A DNA stretch of 64,000 nucleotides from Fidelibacterota bacterium (GTDB taxonomy: Bacteria; Fidelibacterota; UBA8477; JABMPR01), in contig JABIFX010000253.1 of NCBI GenBank assembly GCA_018650445.1, positions 65,136 through 129,135 of the forward strand. Reading direction: 5' to 3'. Position numbers and translations under genes: made by a program. Positions 53,775 to 63,983 of this stretch are shown here, piece after piece (the first letter of the stretch is position 1; each line of letters opens with the position of its first letter). A model generated the notes under the pieces. That model saw only the letters and a list, made by a program, of their open reading frames with translations. It had not been told where the DNA came from and did not search any database.

Positions 53775-55043
53775 ATGAACCAAATACTTGAATCCCCCAA
53801 ACTTCTCTTTCTCCTTCTAGTTGTGGTATCCCTGATCACCATCAACCCTCGAATCAATGGTTGGAACGAAGCCAGCAGGATGGCATTGACACAATCTCTG
53901 GTAGAGCATCACAGTTTTATCATTGATGAGAGCATATTTGTGAACGGTGGAGACAAAGTTTTCATCAATGGTCATTTCTATTCAGATAAACCTGCTCTTC
54001 CTTCCCTGTTGGCCGCCATTATTTACGCGCCGCTCCACGCATTTGGACTGAGTCTGGATTATGGCTGGAACCTGAGCTATTACTTCATCATCCTCTTTAC
54101 TATAAAAATATTCTGGATAGCCAGTATTTTGGCATTTCGTTGTGCCCTCACCTTCGCACCAGTCAAAGAAGCCAAAATTCCCCTCGCCGTCTTTATCTAT
54201 GCCTTTGCTTCCCTTGCATTTGCCTGGACTTCCAGCTTCAACAATCACAGCCTGGCTGCTTCAAGTCTTATGATTGCATTCTATTTCTACTTGAAAGGGA
54301 AGCACAAGGATGTGAAATCGGCGCTCCTTTGGTCAGGGTTGTTTTTCGGGCTGGCAGCCAGTATGGATATGCCCACGGCTATTTTTCCACTTGGTTTTAG
54401 TCTACTAGTCGCACACAAATGGCGCACTGCAACTCCGACACGGTTGTTCTTATTTGGAGTATTCATTCCTCTCACCATACATTTTGGAGTGAATTACGCT
54501 ATCGGGGGAACCATTTTACCACTCCAAATTAATCCTGAATTTTTTATATTCGAAGGCTCTGTCTGGACAGATTCGCAGGCCCTCTCAGGAGTGAGCATAA
54601 ATAGCCCATTATTCACTATTCACTATGCGATTATAAGCCTATTCGGGTCTAAGGGATTCGTCTGGTACAATCCCATGTTGTTTCTTTTGGTACCCCTGGC
54701 TATCAGAAATGCTCAAAGAGAAAAAGTCTTTCAGGCTGAAACCCTCATCATTCTATTGGGCTCAATTATTCTGATGTCCTACTACTGGCTATTCAGTTCT
54801 AATTACGGGGGGTGGAGTTACAGTATGCGTTGGTTTGTACCCACGCTGCCCCTCCTTTTCTTTTACCTCTTCGATCTCGACTACTTGAAAGATTGGCATT
54901 GGGGAAAACCAGTTTTATGGACTCTGGCTGTCTGCTCGATCATTATTGCAGGAATTGGCCTTATCAATCCCTGGAGCAACCAGAATCTGCATGCCATCCC
55001 CATCATTTCCAACTTGAAACAGCTCTGGGGAATTCTTTCCTAA
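53775..55043 (+). CDS. GT-C fold membrane glycosyltransferase (ArnT/PMT, GT39/83-like)
   Basis: The track ORF starts at TTG 53703; I prefer ATG 53775. It has at least 10 TM segments. The first-loop motif 'WNEASRMALTQSLVEH...INGHFYSDKPALPSLL' resembles the ArnT-family 'DE...M...G..Y.eKPPL' region. Confidence 0.6.
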   Translation: MNQILESPKLLFLLLVVVSLITINPRINGWNEASRMALTQSLVEHHSFIIDESIFVNGGDKVFINGHFYSDKPALPSLLAAIIYAPLHAFGLSLDYGWNLSYYFIILFTIKIFWIASILAFRCALTFAPVKEAKIPLAVFIYAFASLAFAWTSSFNNHSLAASSLMIAFYFYLKGKHKDVKSALLWSGLFFGLAASMDMPTAIFPLGFSLLVAHKWRTATPTRLFLFGVFIPLTIHFGVNYAIGGTILPLQINPEFFIFEGSVWTDSQALSGVSINSPLFTIHYAIISLFGSKGFVWYNPMLFLLVPLAIRNAQREKVFQAETLIILLGSIILMSYYWLFSSNYGGWSYSMRWFVPTLPLLFFYLFDLDYLKDWHWGKPVLWTLAVCSIIIAGIGLINPWSNQNLHAIPIISNLKQLWGILS

Positions 55044-55180
55044 CCGCTCGCCGTACTTATTAGCCGTTGGGCTAAATCAGAATATTCTGGTAGCCTTCTC
55101 ATCTATATTGGGCTCAAACTGATGAAACAACTTTTTCTACATAATATTTTCAATCCAATCCACGAAAGTTATCTTTGCTT

Positions 55181-56278
55181 ATGACATCCACTTCCGATCC
55201 GAGTAAAATTTCACTCTTTTGGGTACTCCAAATTTCAGGATGGTTCCTGTACGGTGTAATCTACTATCTAATTTATTACTCCTACAAAGACCTTGATTTA
55301 GCCAATACCTTTGGATTTGCCGTAACCTACGTGGTGGCTTTTGTAATGACCATCATTATGCGCAAAATCTATCAAAAGCTGGATTACCAACACAGATCCC
55401 TCCTGAATGTCTCTGCTATTGTTATCCTGACATCCATCACCTTCGCTGTGATCTGGATTTATGTGGATCGACTTGTATCCTATCCCATTTATGGTATTGA
55501 AAAATTTCAGCAGGCGTTGGATAAAATCACCATGCGCAAGAATATTGGTCAGATCTATTGGAATTCATTTATCCTGTTTACCTGGTCGACACTATACTTT
55601 CTGATCAATTTCTGGAGACAATGGAATGAGCAACTTGCCCGCACTGAGAAGGCTGAACTTCTTGCCCACAGTGCCCAGCTTCAGATGTTGAGATATCAAC
55701 TGAATCCTCACTTTCTCTTTAACTCTCTAAATTCTATTCGTGCCCTTATTCTGGAAGACCAGGCCAAAGCCCGGGATATGGTGACTGAGCTGGCCGAACT
55801 TCTACGTTACTCCCTTGTGAGTAAAAACAATGGTGATGTACCTTTTAGTGAAGAGATCACAGCTATTAAACATTACTTCGCTATAGAAGAGAAACGCTAT
55901 GAGGAAAATCTACAAGTTAGCTTCGAGATTGACCCTCTGGCTGAAGAATATCCCATCCCCAGCTTCCTCGTCCATCCCCTGGTAGAAAATGCGGTGAAGT
56001 ACGGGATGAAAACTTCAAGCATGCCGTTGAAGATTAATATTCAAGCAAAGATCAAAGATAATAAATTATCCATCTTTGTTAGAAATAGCGGAACCTGGTT
56101 GTCTGATGATGCGGAGGGACGTGGTCGTCCAGCAGGTACAGGGACAGGCCTGAAAAATGTCAAGGAACGTCTTGAAAATAGATTCCCCGGGAAATACGCC
56201 TTGAGCACATCAGAAGAAGAAGGTTGTGTGGTCATTAAGATCTCAATTTCACGCGATGTCGAGGGAAATCATGTCTAA
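55181..56278 (+). CDS. LytS/YehU-type sensor histidine kinase
   Basis: It has several N-terminal TM helices, the 'LRYQLNPHFLFNSLNSI' His_kinase (PF06580-type) motif, and the HATPase 'NAVKYG...GTGTGLKNVKERL'. Confidence 0.85.
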   Translation: MTSTSDPSKISLFWVLQISGWFLYGVIYYLIYYSYKDLDLANTFGFAVTYVVAFVMTIIMRKIYQKLDYQHRSLLNVSAIVILTSITFAVIWIYVDRLVSYPIYGIEKFQQALDKITMRKNIGQIYWNSFILFTWSTLYFLINFWRQWNEQLARTEKAELLAHSAQLQMLRYQLNPHFLFNSLNSIRALILEDQAKARDMVTELAELLRYSLVSKNNGDVPFSEEITAIKHYFAIEEKRYEENLQVSFEIDPLAEEYPIPSFLVHPLVENAVKYGMKTSSMPLKINIQAKIKDNKLSIFVRNSGTWLSDDAEGRGRPAGTGTGLKNVKERLENRFPGKYALSTSEEEGCVVIKISISRDVEGNHV

Positions 56279-56996
56279 GCTTTATCGTGCCATTGTAGTT
56301 GATGATGAACGTCTTGCTCGTAATGACTTACGTTTACTTCTCAACAATCACAAAAATATTGAAGTCCTGGGTGAAGCTTCTAATGGTCAGGATGCTCTAG
56401 ATATGATCAAAGAGTTGGAGCCGGACCTGGTTTTTCTGGATATTCAGATGCCAGGCATGAATGGCTTTGATGTCCTGGAACATATCAGTTCAGATATACG
56501 GGTCATTTTTGTCACCGCTTATGACGAATTCGCCTTACGCGCTTTCGAAGTCAACGCATTGGACTACCTGTTAAAACCAGTCAGTGTTGACCGCCTCCAA
56601 CAATCCATCGAACGACTTGAGTTGATTCCCGATGAAGTTGAAGATGACTTAAGGGAGCTGGAATATCATGATCGGCTACTCCTCAAACTGGATACCAGTC
56701 TGGGTTTCCTGAAAATCTCCACCATTGTCTGTATCACATCAGCTGGAGATTATTCTGAGGTCTTGTGCACAAATATGAAGAAGGTACTGGTTCATAAATC
56801 TATGGCAGAATGGGAAACTCGGTTACCCCTCGCGTTCTTTAACCGGATTCACCGCACGACCATCGTAAACATGGAATTTGTAGATCGACTGGAAGAGTGG
56901 TTTAACAATTCATACCGCGTCTACATGAAGGGCATTGAAGAGCCCTATGTCATGAGCCGTCGCTATGTCACCAAACTCAAACAAAAACTCAGCTGA
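56271..56996 (+). CDS. LytTR-family response regulator
   Basis: ATG 56271 overlaps the kinase stop. The receiver domain reads 'AIVVDDE...DLVFLDIQMPGMNG', and the C-terminal LytTR domain reads 'FFNRIHRTTIVNMEFV'. Confidence 0.85.
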   Translation: MSKLYRAIVVDDERLARNDLRLLLNNHKNIEVLGEASNGQDALDMIKELEPDLVFLDIQMPGMNGFDVLEHISSDIRVIFVTAYDEFALRAFEVNALDYLLKPVSVDRLQQSIERLELIPDEVEDDLRELEYHDRLLLKLDTSLGFLKISTIVCITSAGDYSEVLCTNMKKVLVHKSMAEWETRLPLAFFNRIHRTTIVNMEFVDRLEEWFNNSYRVYMKGIEEPYVMSRRYVTKLKQKLS

Positions 56997-57129
56997 AAAA
57001 AACACCAATATATTTTTTGATTCCAAAATCTAATATTACAAGTTCAAGCACCAAAAATTGAGGACGCCGGGATTGTGCTAAGGCCTACCTGGCAAGCGCA
57101 GTGTCCCAATCTTCCAAACTCAATATCAT

Positions 57130-57585
57130 CTATTCCATGTAGTCGTCATATATCTCAAGATATTGTTTGACCTGTTTTGCGGATTCCATATCACCATTTT
57201 GTGAGAGCGTCTTAACAGCAGGCATGTAACCTGCCAGATACACGTGGAGTTGATCGTGAGCTTCACCAGTCATCGTACAACCCTTGACTAAGACATTCAG
57301 CTCTGTTTGAAGCTCACCTCCCACACTTTTTAACTCGGTGGTTTCCATTGATGCATGATCAGTATTTAAAAATGAATCTGCCATTTTTACAAAACTAATG
57401 CGCGTGTGTTCATCCATTTTCCACTTTTTACCATCATTTAATACCAGCCCCGAAGGTCTATCATCCTGACCAGCCATTTTGTGGTGAGTATCATGACTCT
57501 CAGCTTTTTTTACATGATCATCACTACAGTTCACCAGCATGGTTAAGGTGGTGAGAGCAATTATAATTATTGTTAATTTTTTCAT
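57130..57585 (-). CDS. hypothetical lipoprotein, His-rich N-terminal region
   Basis: 151 aa with a lipobox 'LVNCSD' and 'ESHDTHHKMAG'. No family recognised. Confidence 0.4.
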   Translation of the reverse strand: MKKLTIIIIALTTLTMLVNCSDDHVKKAESHDTHHKMAGQDDRPSGLVLNDGKKWKMDEHTRISFVKMADSFLNTDHASMETTELKSVGGELQTELNVLVKGCTMTGEAHDQLHVYLAGYMPAVKTLSQNGDMESAKQVKQYLEIYDDYME

Positions 57586-57641
57586 ATATCCTCTTACTCG
57601 TTTTTTAAATGAGTATTATTGTGTGTAATTATGACCATGGA

Positions 57642-58352
57642 TTAGAAGTTCGGTACCATCTCCTTGCGGAATTTCGCAAAAAAGCCTGTTATGGAATCCA
57701 TGACTTCCTCGGCTGTATCAACAACCCGAAACAATTCAAGATCATCGGCACCAATATACCCTTGGGCCAGCGCCTTCTCCCGGAGCCAGTCCACCAGACC
57801 GGACCAATAATCACGACCGACTAGAATAATTGGGAATTTGGGGGTTTTACCTGTTTGTGAGAGGGTCAGGGATTCAAATAGTTCATCCAGAGTACCTAAT
57901 CCGCCAGGAAAGGCTACAAAAGCCTGAGAATATTTGAGAAACATGAGCTTACGCACAAAGAAGTAGCGGAAGGTAATGTTCTTGTCAGAGTCAATATAGG
58001 CGTTATTTGAGGCTTCAAAGGGCAACTCGATACCAACACCTGCCGAAGCACCGCCAACCTCCTTAGCGCCTTTATTGGTGGCTTCCATGATACCAGGACC
58101 ACCACCTGTGATGACACTTAGGCCTTCCTGGGCCAAAAAGGTGCCGAGTTGATGTGCAATTTCATAATATGGGTCGTCGGGCTTGGTGCGTGCCGAGCCA
58201 AAAACGGTTACAGAAGGACCCACCTGTGTCAAAGCATCAAAGCCCTCAACAAATTCAGCCATTATGCGGAAAACCTGCCAGGAATTTTTGGATTTTACTT
58301 CACTCCAGGTCTTCTTCTCAAATTTACGGATAACACGTTTATCTACATTCAT
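57642..58352 (-). CDS. LOG-family (TIGR00730) nucleotide 5'-monophosphate nucleosidase
   Basis: 236 aa with 'VITGGGPGIMEA' and 'VAFPGGLGTLDELFE' (PGGxGTxxE). Confidence 0.85.
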   Translation of the reverse strand: MNVDKRVIRKFEKKTWSEVKSKNSWQVFRIMAEFVEGFDALTQVGPSVTVFGSARTKPDDPYYEIAHQLGTFLAQEGLSVITGGGPGIMEATNKGAKEVGGASAGVGIELPFEASNNAYIDSDKNITFRYFFVRKLMFLKYSQAFVAFPGGLGTLDELFESLTLSQTGKTPKFPIILVGRDYWSGLVDWLREKALAQGYIGADDLELFRVVDTAEEVMDSITGFFAKFRKEMVPNF

Positions 58353-59230
58353 ATCGCTCCTTCCAGGGCAATTTCAATCGCCTTCATCAAACATTTACTG
58401 GTGGTCGTGGCCCCTGTGATTCCATCAACATCAGGACTTTGTTTTTCGATTACCCGAGGAATAATTCCTTCAGCAAATCGAGCATAGTCACTATCTCGAT
58501 TCTGAATTACCCCCACGCCTACGATCATCGCTTCATTCATTTTCACAGCAACAGCATATTCAAATCCCGAATAGCTCACCGAGCCACGATGAATACCATC
58601 AGGTACTTGGGTTAAATCAGGATTTCCGATTTCCATATTACGATAGGATTCTAAATCGTAATAACCGATGAGCCCCAGGCCTACACCTAAAACAACTCCA
58701 ATACCGGTCAGGGATAGCACCAGACCCCTGCGCATCTCGTATTTTTGAGATCGTTGACCCCAGGGTCTAAAAATAGTGATTGATATCAAGGTGAACATGA
58801 TCAGTAGTGCAACAGCAATCACCGGTGTCAGAGTGTTGTGATACTCCGTATAATCATGGGGTACTGCTGATTCTTGCATTCCAATATCTGAGAGAGCCAC
58901 CATCCCATTGATGGCCGGTCCCAGCCAGATCCATACGAGAATAAAGAGCGCGACCGTTCCAGTCCATTTTCCGATAATCCACCAGTGTTTGGTGAGACCC
59001 CAGTGGGTAAAAACAGAATATATCAGACCTGTGGTCACCACCCCGTAAAATGACCAGGTCACCACCATATTAAAAAGTGAGTAGATAGAGTAATTAGCGA
59101 TAAATAGTTGACGCGTATCTAAACCAGGGAGAACATGAATAGCAAGAATAGATGCCAGTCCTCCCATAAGAGAAGCAATAAAGACAATATGGATGACTCG
59201 CAGCCAGCGTCTGCCCGTTTTTTCCAGCAT
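58349..59230 (-). CDS. membrane protein with C-terminal FMN-binding (FMN_bind) domain
   Basis: 293 aa with about 6 TM segments, then 'VDGITGATTTSKCLMKAIE', a typical FMN attachment-site region. Confidence 0.6.
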   Translation of the reverse strand: MLEKTGRRWLRVIHIVFIASLMGGLASILAIHVLPGLDTRQLFIANYSIYSLFNMVVTWSFYGVVTTGLIYSVFTHWGLTKHWWIIGKWTGTVALFILVWIWLGPAINGMVALSDIGMQESAVPHDYTEYHNTLTPVIAVALLIMFTLISITIFRPWGQRSQKYEMRRGLVLSLTGIGVVLGVGLGLIGYYDLESYRNMEIGNPDLTQVPDGIHRGSVSYSGFEYAVAVKMNEAMIVGVGVIQNRDSDYARFAEGIIPRVIEKQSPDVDGITGATTTSKCLMKAIEIALEGAI

Positions 59231-59392
59231 GGAAGCTCCTTTGTTGAAACGATTCTTATTCTAAGCAATTTTATCAATTAATCCTGCTCTTTTTTTGTTA
59301 ATCGATGCACAGCTCTCGCGTACTTTCTCAGCATGCCGTTTTCCAAATGATTGGGCGACGGAGACAAATCATAGTTCAGGAGAACAGGCAAG

Positions 59393-59878
59393 ATGCAAAT
59401 ACAGATATTCATCACAGGGGGCACCTTTGATAAGGAATACAACGAGCTCAATGGAGACTTATACTTTCGAGACACTCACCTGAAGCAAATGCTGGAGCAG
59501 GGTCGTTCGCAACTCAATGTGAATATTCGTAGTCTGATGATGATCGATAGTCTGGAAATGACCGAGCAGGACCGGGAGATCATTCTGACCCACTGCCGCA
59601 AGAGTACCATGGATCGCATTGTAATTACACACGGTACCGACACGATGGTTGAATCGGCTCGGTATCTGGCGGAGCATATCAAGGACAAAACAATTATCCT
59701 CACCGGCGCCATGATTCCCATTGTATTTGGAAGTTCTGATGGATTGTTCAATATGGGTGCTGCCATGGCCTATGTTCAGACCCTGGAACATGGAATTTAT
59801 ATTGCCATGAATGGTCAATATTTTAACTATGACAATGTCCGTAAAAATAAAGCCAAAGGGCTTTTCGAGACCTTATAG
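59393..59878 (+). CDS. short asparaginase-family protein (N-terminal domain only)
   Basis: 161 aa with 'IFITGGTFDKEY' and 'VITHGTDTMVESA', the two Thr-containing asparaginase motifs. Confidence 0.7.
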   Translation: MQIQIFITGGTFDKEYNELNGDLYFRDTHLKQMLEQGRSQLNVNIRSLMMIDSLEMTEQDREIILTHCRKSTMDRIVITHGTDTMVESARYLAEHIKDKTIILTGAMIPIVFGSSDGLFNMGAAMAYVQTLEHGIYIAMNGQYFNYDNVRKNKAKGLFETL

Positions 59879-59891
59879 CAAGGAGATAATC

Positions 59892-60185
59892 ATGAAACTT
59901 CAAAAATTCACTTTCCTCACCATCACCACCATGCTGGTTATTATAGCTTTAACATCCTGTATGCCCAACCCAGAACACGATATGGGGCAAGCACCCTCTG
60001 GTTTTTTCAGCGGGGTCTGGCACGGTTGGGTCGCTCCTTTTTCATTGATTGTGGGCTTTTTTAATGACCACACTCGTGTCTATGACCCCAACAATACGGG
60101 CTGGTGGTATGATTTCGGGTTTTACATGGCTGTAATTAGCGGTTTCGGTGGTCTCTCTCTGGCCAGGAAAAAAGCAGAATCCTGA
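59892..60185 (+). CDS. small lipoprotein / membrane protein
   Basis: ATG 59892 is preceded by AAGGAG. It has a lipobox 'ALTSCMP' and two hydrophobic segments. Confidence 0.45.
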   Translation: MKLQKFTFLTITTMLVIIALTSCMPNPEHDMGQAPSGFFSGVWHGWVAPFSLIVGFFNDHTRVYDPNNTGWWYDFGFYMAVISGFGGLSLARKKAES

Positions 60186-60226
60186 TTCTTGTTTGATTTG
60201 ATTCAATCCAAGACATATTGATAAGT

Positions 60227-61147
60227 ATGAAAATAACTGTTAAAGAACTGACAACTGTCGGTCCCACCATACACTCAAGCTTTGCTACCCTGCCCTATCA
60301 ACAGGACAAATCAACCCATGGGAGACTGTCCAGACCCATTCTGGCTTATCAATCGCCCTCCTGCATAAAAATTGTCGGCGATATTCATCGCTTTGAGGCT
60401 CATCAGGAAGCAGGCAAGCCTACCGTCTCTGTCTATCTGATACAAGAAACTGAGAGTACCCTCGAATTGATTCAACTGGTCATAGAGTACTACAGCCCCA
60501 TGAACCTCATGGACAAAGCGCTGCTTACCCGCGCAGCCATTGATTTGGGTGTCCCCCGCCCCATACTGGCAGAGCAGATTTTACCCGCTCTGGAGCTGGC
60601 ACCCCGGGAGAAACTCATCGATCAGGTATTATTTCTCCTGAAATTGCCTCCTACTCTGCAGGCATTCATTGTAGATAAGGATCTAAGTCTCAAGCGAGCT
60701 CTAATATTTCAAAGGGCGGCAGATCATCTCGAATGGGTTGAACGTTTTATTACCAATCTGAGAATTGGTATCAATATGACGGCTGAGATTATTCAGAATG
60801 TCTGGGAGATGAGTAAAAATGACGAGGTCGATTTCAAAACCAAAGCCCAGGAAATGGGTCTATGGGAAATGGCAGACACTGCCTATGAGGATAATCGTCT
60901 GGCGATCATGGAAATTAGAGAAAAAATCAACCAGGCGCGTTTCCCTTCTCTGAATCAGGCCGGTGTTGATCTTAGCAAAACGCTGGAGGCTGCCAAGCTG
61001 CCTGATTCCATTAAGATCAAGTGGGATCCCTATTTTGAGCAGCAAGGTGTTCAGATCGCTTTTCATGCCAAAGACGAAGGTGATCTGGAGGATTCTCTGG
61101 AAAAGCTGAAATCAACTGCATTTAAAAACATCTTCAAGCATATATAA
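60227..61147 (+). CDS. hypothetical protein with possible ParB/sulfiredoxin-like N-terminal domain
   Basis: 'ILAYQSPSCIKIVGDIHRFEAHQEAGKPTVSVYLI' resembles the ParB-fold 'idGhHRleAa...G...v.v' motif. The rest is helical. This is a weak call. Confidence 0.35.
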   Translation: MKITVKELTTVGPTIHSSFATLPYQQDKSTHGRLSRPILAYQSPSCIKIVGDIHRFEAHQEAGKPTVSVYLIQETESTLELIQLVIEYYSPMNLMDKALLTRAAIDLGVPRPILAEQILPALELAPREKLIDQVLFLLKLPPTLQAFIVDKDLSLKRALIFQRAADHLEWVERFITNLRIGINMTAEIIQNVWEMSKNDEVDFKTKAQEMGLWEMADTAYEDNRLAIMEIREKINQARFPSLNQAGVDLSKTLEAAKLPDSIKIKWDPYFEQQGVQIAFHAKDEGDLEDSLEKLKSTAFKNIFKHI

Positions 61148-61153
61148 GGGCTT

Positions 61154-62344
61154 ATGAAAGAACCGAAAATTACTAGGATCATTGTTGATCAGAAAGTTGC
61201 TGATCAAGAATTAGTCCAACGATATATAAAGAACAATCCACAGGCCAAGGTTATCCAACAGGATATTACCGAAGCCGATAAAGACCACATGTTCAAACAG
61301 GAATCCACGCCAGCCAAAAGGGATATCCTGCTTACCGAGAAACAGGGCCATACCGTTAAGCAGTGTCCTGGAACGGATCGGACCTACCGTTGCTGTAACT
61401 ATCATGTCATGAATCAGACCAGTAATTGTCCCATTGACTGCACTTATTGCATTCTTCAATTTTACTTGAATAATCCTGTTACCACGGTTTATGCCAATAC
61501 AGATAAACTTTTAACTGAGGTGAAGGACAAGATAGCCACTCAGCCCAAACGCTTCTTCCGAATTGGAACCGGTGAACTGTCAGACAGCCTGGCTTTTGAT
61601 TCATCCTCAGAATACTCCAAGGATGTGGTTGAATATTTTGCTGAATTGCCTAATGTACTATTAGAGCTAAAAACCAAATCTAATCGCATAGAAAACTTAC
61701 TAGACCTGGATCATAAAGGTCATACGGTAATCTCCTGGTCTGTAAATCCCCAGGTCATCATTGATGCCGAAGAGCACAAGGCAGCTTCTCTAAACGAACG
61801 TCTTGAAGCCATGCGTTTGGTCCAGGAGAAGGGTTATAAGATTGGGTTCCATTTTGATCCCCTGCTATTCCATCAGGAATGGAAGCAGAGCTATCCTGAT
61901 TTGATTCGACAACTATTTGAAGTTGTTGATCCCAAAAATGTGGCCTGGATTTCCATTGGGTCTCTGCGTTTCCCACCAGAGATGAAGGATAAGGTTCTGG
62001 AAAAATTCCCAAAATCCAAGATCATGTTTGCTGAGTTAATTCGTGGTATGGATGGCAAGATGCGTTATCCCAAACCACTGCGTCTAGAGATGTATCGAAC
62101 CGTGTATAATTCATTGCGTTACTATGGTGGTGATGATCTGTTTATTTATTTCTGTATGGAATCAGCTGAAATCTGGGATCGGGTTATGGGCTGGAGCCCT
62201 GAGAGTAATGAGCATCTCGATCATCTCTTTGCCATGAGTCTGTATAAGCAATTCCCAGGATTAATGAAATCTGAGCCCCAGAGAATTGATTATGACAATG
62301 GGATTCCCCTCCATCATGAGAAGGCTGACATTCCAGGGTTTTAG
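61154..62344 (+). CDS. spore-photoproduct-lyase-family radical SAM protein
   Basis: 396 aa with 'SNCPIDCTYCILQ' (CxxxCxxC) and 'FRIGTGELSDSL', and an overall SPL-like length. It lies 6 nt after the preceding gene. Confidence 0.65.
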   Translation: MKEPKITRIIVDQKVADQELVQRYIKNNPQAKVIQQDITEADKDHMFKQESTPAKRDILLTEKQGHTVKQCPGTDRTYRCCNYHVMNQTSNCPIDCTYCILQFYLNNPVTTVYANTDKLLTEVKDKIATQPKRFFRIGTGELSDSLAFDSSSEYSKDVVEYFAELPNVLLELKTKSNRIENLLDLDHKGHTVISWSVNPQVIIDAEEHKAASLNERLEAMRLVQEKGYKIGFHFDPLLFHQEWKQSYPDLIRQLFEVVDPKNVAWISIGSLRFPPEMKDKVLEKFPKSKIMFAELIRGMDGKMRYPKPLRLEMYRTVYNSLRYYGGDDLFIYFCMESAEIWDRVMGWSPESNEHLDHLFAMSLYKQFPGLMKSEPQRIDYDNGIPLHHEKADIPGF

Positions 62345-62453
62345 AGCTGATTTAAACTATTTAACTTTGTTCAGCTTTTGCTTTCAAAGCTTCATTCATT
62401 GATTTCAGAGAATCAGGTACAAAATTTTCCAGTTTACTCCAGAAGAGGGAAAC

Positions 62454-62483
62454 AAAAAGACCGGATAAAAATCCGGTCTTTTT
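62454..62483. terminator. bidirectional rho-independent terminator
   Basis: aaaaagaccgga-taaaaa-tccggtcttttt lies between convergent genes. Confidence 0.7.
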
Positions 62484-62503
62484 GTAATATTAGGATATAG
62501 GTT

Positions 62504-63151
62504 TTAGCCGTTTTTGAGACGGAAAACTACAGGTACGGATATTCTAACCGTGACTGGTTTATCACGTTGATAGGCTGGTTTCCACTTGATGGTTTTGATA
62601 GCATCCATGGCAGCTTCATCCAGACCTGTTTTGGGAATACCTTTAAGAATAATGGTTTCTTTTACACGACCATCTTTCCCAATGGTAGCCTGTACAATGA
62701 CAGTTCCTTCGATGCCTGCTTCACGAGCAATCTCAGGATAGACTACAGCCTTCTGAATAGCACCATACCCACCCATGGGCTCTGGTGGTTCATCATAAGC
62801 GATGAAGATCACATTGCTTTCAGGCGGTGGTGGTGGCTCGTCCAGAATTTCAAAGTCTTCCAGGTCAGTTTCTTCAATGGTGAAATCTTCATCGATTTCG
62901 TCATCTTCAGATTCAATGGGGATGGAAGGACGCGCAGGTGGTGGTGGCTTGTCAAACTGTTGAGTTTCCGGAGGAATCTCAATGTTCTCAATTGGAGCCA
63001 CATAGGCCTGCTCTTGAAGCTTTTCAGTTTCAAATTTTGGAACCGCAAACAGAACCATTGTAAACAACAGCAGCACGATGATAGCACCAATTTCAAGATA
63101 CTTTCTGTGTTGCAGTTTGACCGAGATATGCGGATGTTGTTGTTCTAGCAT
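62504..63151 (-). CDS. tonB: TonB-family energy transducer
   Basis: 215 aa with an N-terminal anchor, a Pro-rich spacer ('KPPPPARPSIPIE', 'EPPPPPE'), and a C-terminal TonB domain 'YPEIAREAGIEGTVIVQATIGKDGRV'. Confidence 0.8.
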   Translation of the reverse strand: MLEQQHPHISVKLQHRKYLEIGAIIVLLLFTMVLFAVPKFETEKLQEQAYVAPIENIEIPPETQQFDKPPPPARPSIPIESEDDEIDEDFTIEETDLEDFEILDEPPPPPESNVIFIAYDEPPEPMGGYGAIQKAVVYPEIAREAGIEGTVIVQATIGKDGRVKETIILKGIPKTGLDEAAMDAIKTIKWKPAYQRDKPVTVRISVPVVFRLKNG

Positions 63152-63155
63152 AATC

Positions 63156-63563
63156 CTACTCCCTCGGTTTGGCTGAATAGTTAAGTTTTAGCGCATTCGC
63201 TTCTCTGAGCTCTTGGTGAATATCGGTAATGATTGCCATCTCGGTCTGTCTATCAGCTTTCAAAGAAGCCGTCATCTGAGGATCAGCGAGAATCTTATCA
63301 TACATGATGGTGCGGATTTTTCCAATAGTAACAATCTGATCGTCAATGGAAATGGTACCTTCAGATGTAGCCCAGATATGGGAAACGTGTTTGTTTCCTT
63401 CCAGTTTGGCTATTTTTTTGGCTTCTGGGAGTATCAATTTTAGACCTTGAAACTCACGTAGAACCGTAACCACCATGAAGAAAATCAGCAACATGAAGAT
63501 GATATCAGGAAGCGAAGATGTTGGAATCCCAGCCTCAGTTTTCATTTTTCTTTTTAAACGCAT
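63156..63563 (-). CDS. exbD: ExbD/TolR-family biopolymer transport protein
   Basis: 135 aa with 'SSLPDIIFMLLIFFMV', a single TM helix and a periplasmic domain. Confidence 0.85.
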   Translation of the reverse strand: MRLKRKMKTEAGIPTSSLPDIIFMLLIFFMVVTVLREFQGLKLILPEAKKIAKLEGNKHVSHIWATSEGTISIDDQIVTIGKIRTIMYDKILADPQMTASLKADRQTEMAIITDIHQELREANALKLNYSAKPRE

Positions 63564-63566
63564 GAT

Positions 63567-63983
63567 CTAACTCTCCGGGTCAGCAATAGAAATACGTTTG
63601 GCACTGGCCTGCTTAAGCTGGTCAATCACCTCAATGTAATCCTTGTACTTGCTGGTTGCGGCCGTTTTGACAGAAAAAATCATCTTGTCATTGGTTGCTA
63701 GCGATCTCTTAGCGAAATGTTTCAACTCACGAACATCGATAACTTCGATGTCTCCCTCGTGACTCACTGCGATCTTACCAGAGGCATTCACAAGAATATT
63801 TGTAATATTCTTGGGGTTCACTTCTGTTGTATTGCCCTTTTCTGGAAGCACCATACCCAGACCTTTATCCATGTCAATGGTTGTGGTCACCAGGAAAAAA
63901 AGCAGCAACATAAACACAATATCCGGGAGGGATGCTGTGGGAATTTCACCACCACTTTTATTTCTTTTTTTCTTTACTAGCAT
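63567..63983 (-). CDS. exbD: ExbD/TolR-family biopolymer transport protein
   Basis: 138 aa with 'ASLPDIVFMLLLFFLV'. It is a tandem paralogue of the preceding gene. Confidence 0.85.
   Translation of the reverse strand: MLVKKKRNKSGGEIPTASLPDIVFMLLLFFLVTTTIDMDKGLGMVLPEKGNTTEVNPKNITNILVNASGKIAVSHEGDIEVIDVRELKHFAKRSLATNDKMIFSVKTAATSKYKDYIEVIDQLKQASAKRISIADPES

Noticed and set aside
62567-63148. 193-aa plus-strand ORF with 'RRWWWLV' repeats
   Set aside because: It is antisense to the TonB gene. The Trp runs are the complement of the Pro-rich (CCACCACC) spacer, and TonB on the minus strand has clear family motifs.
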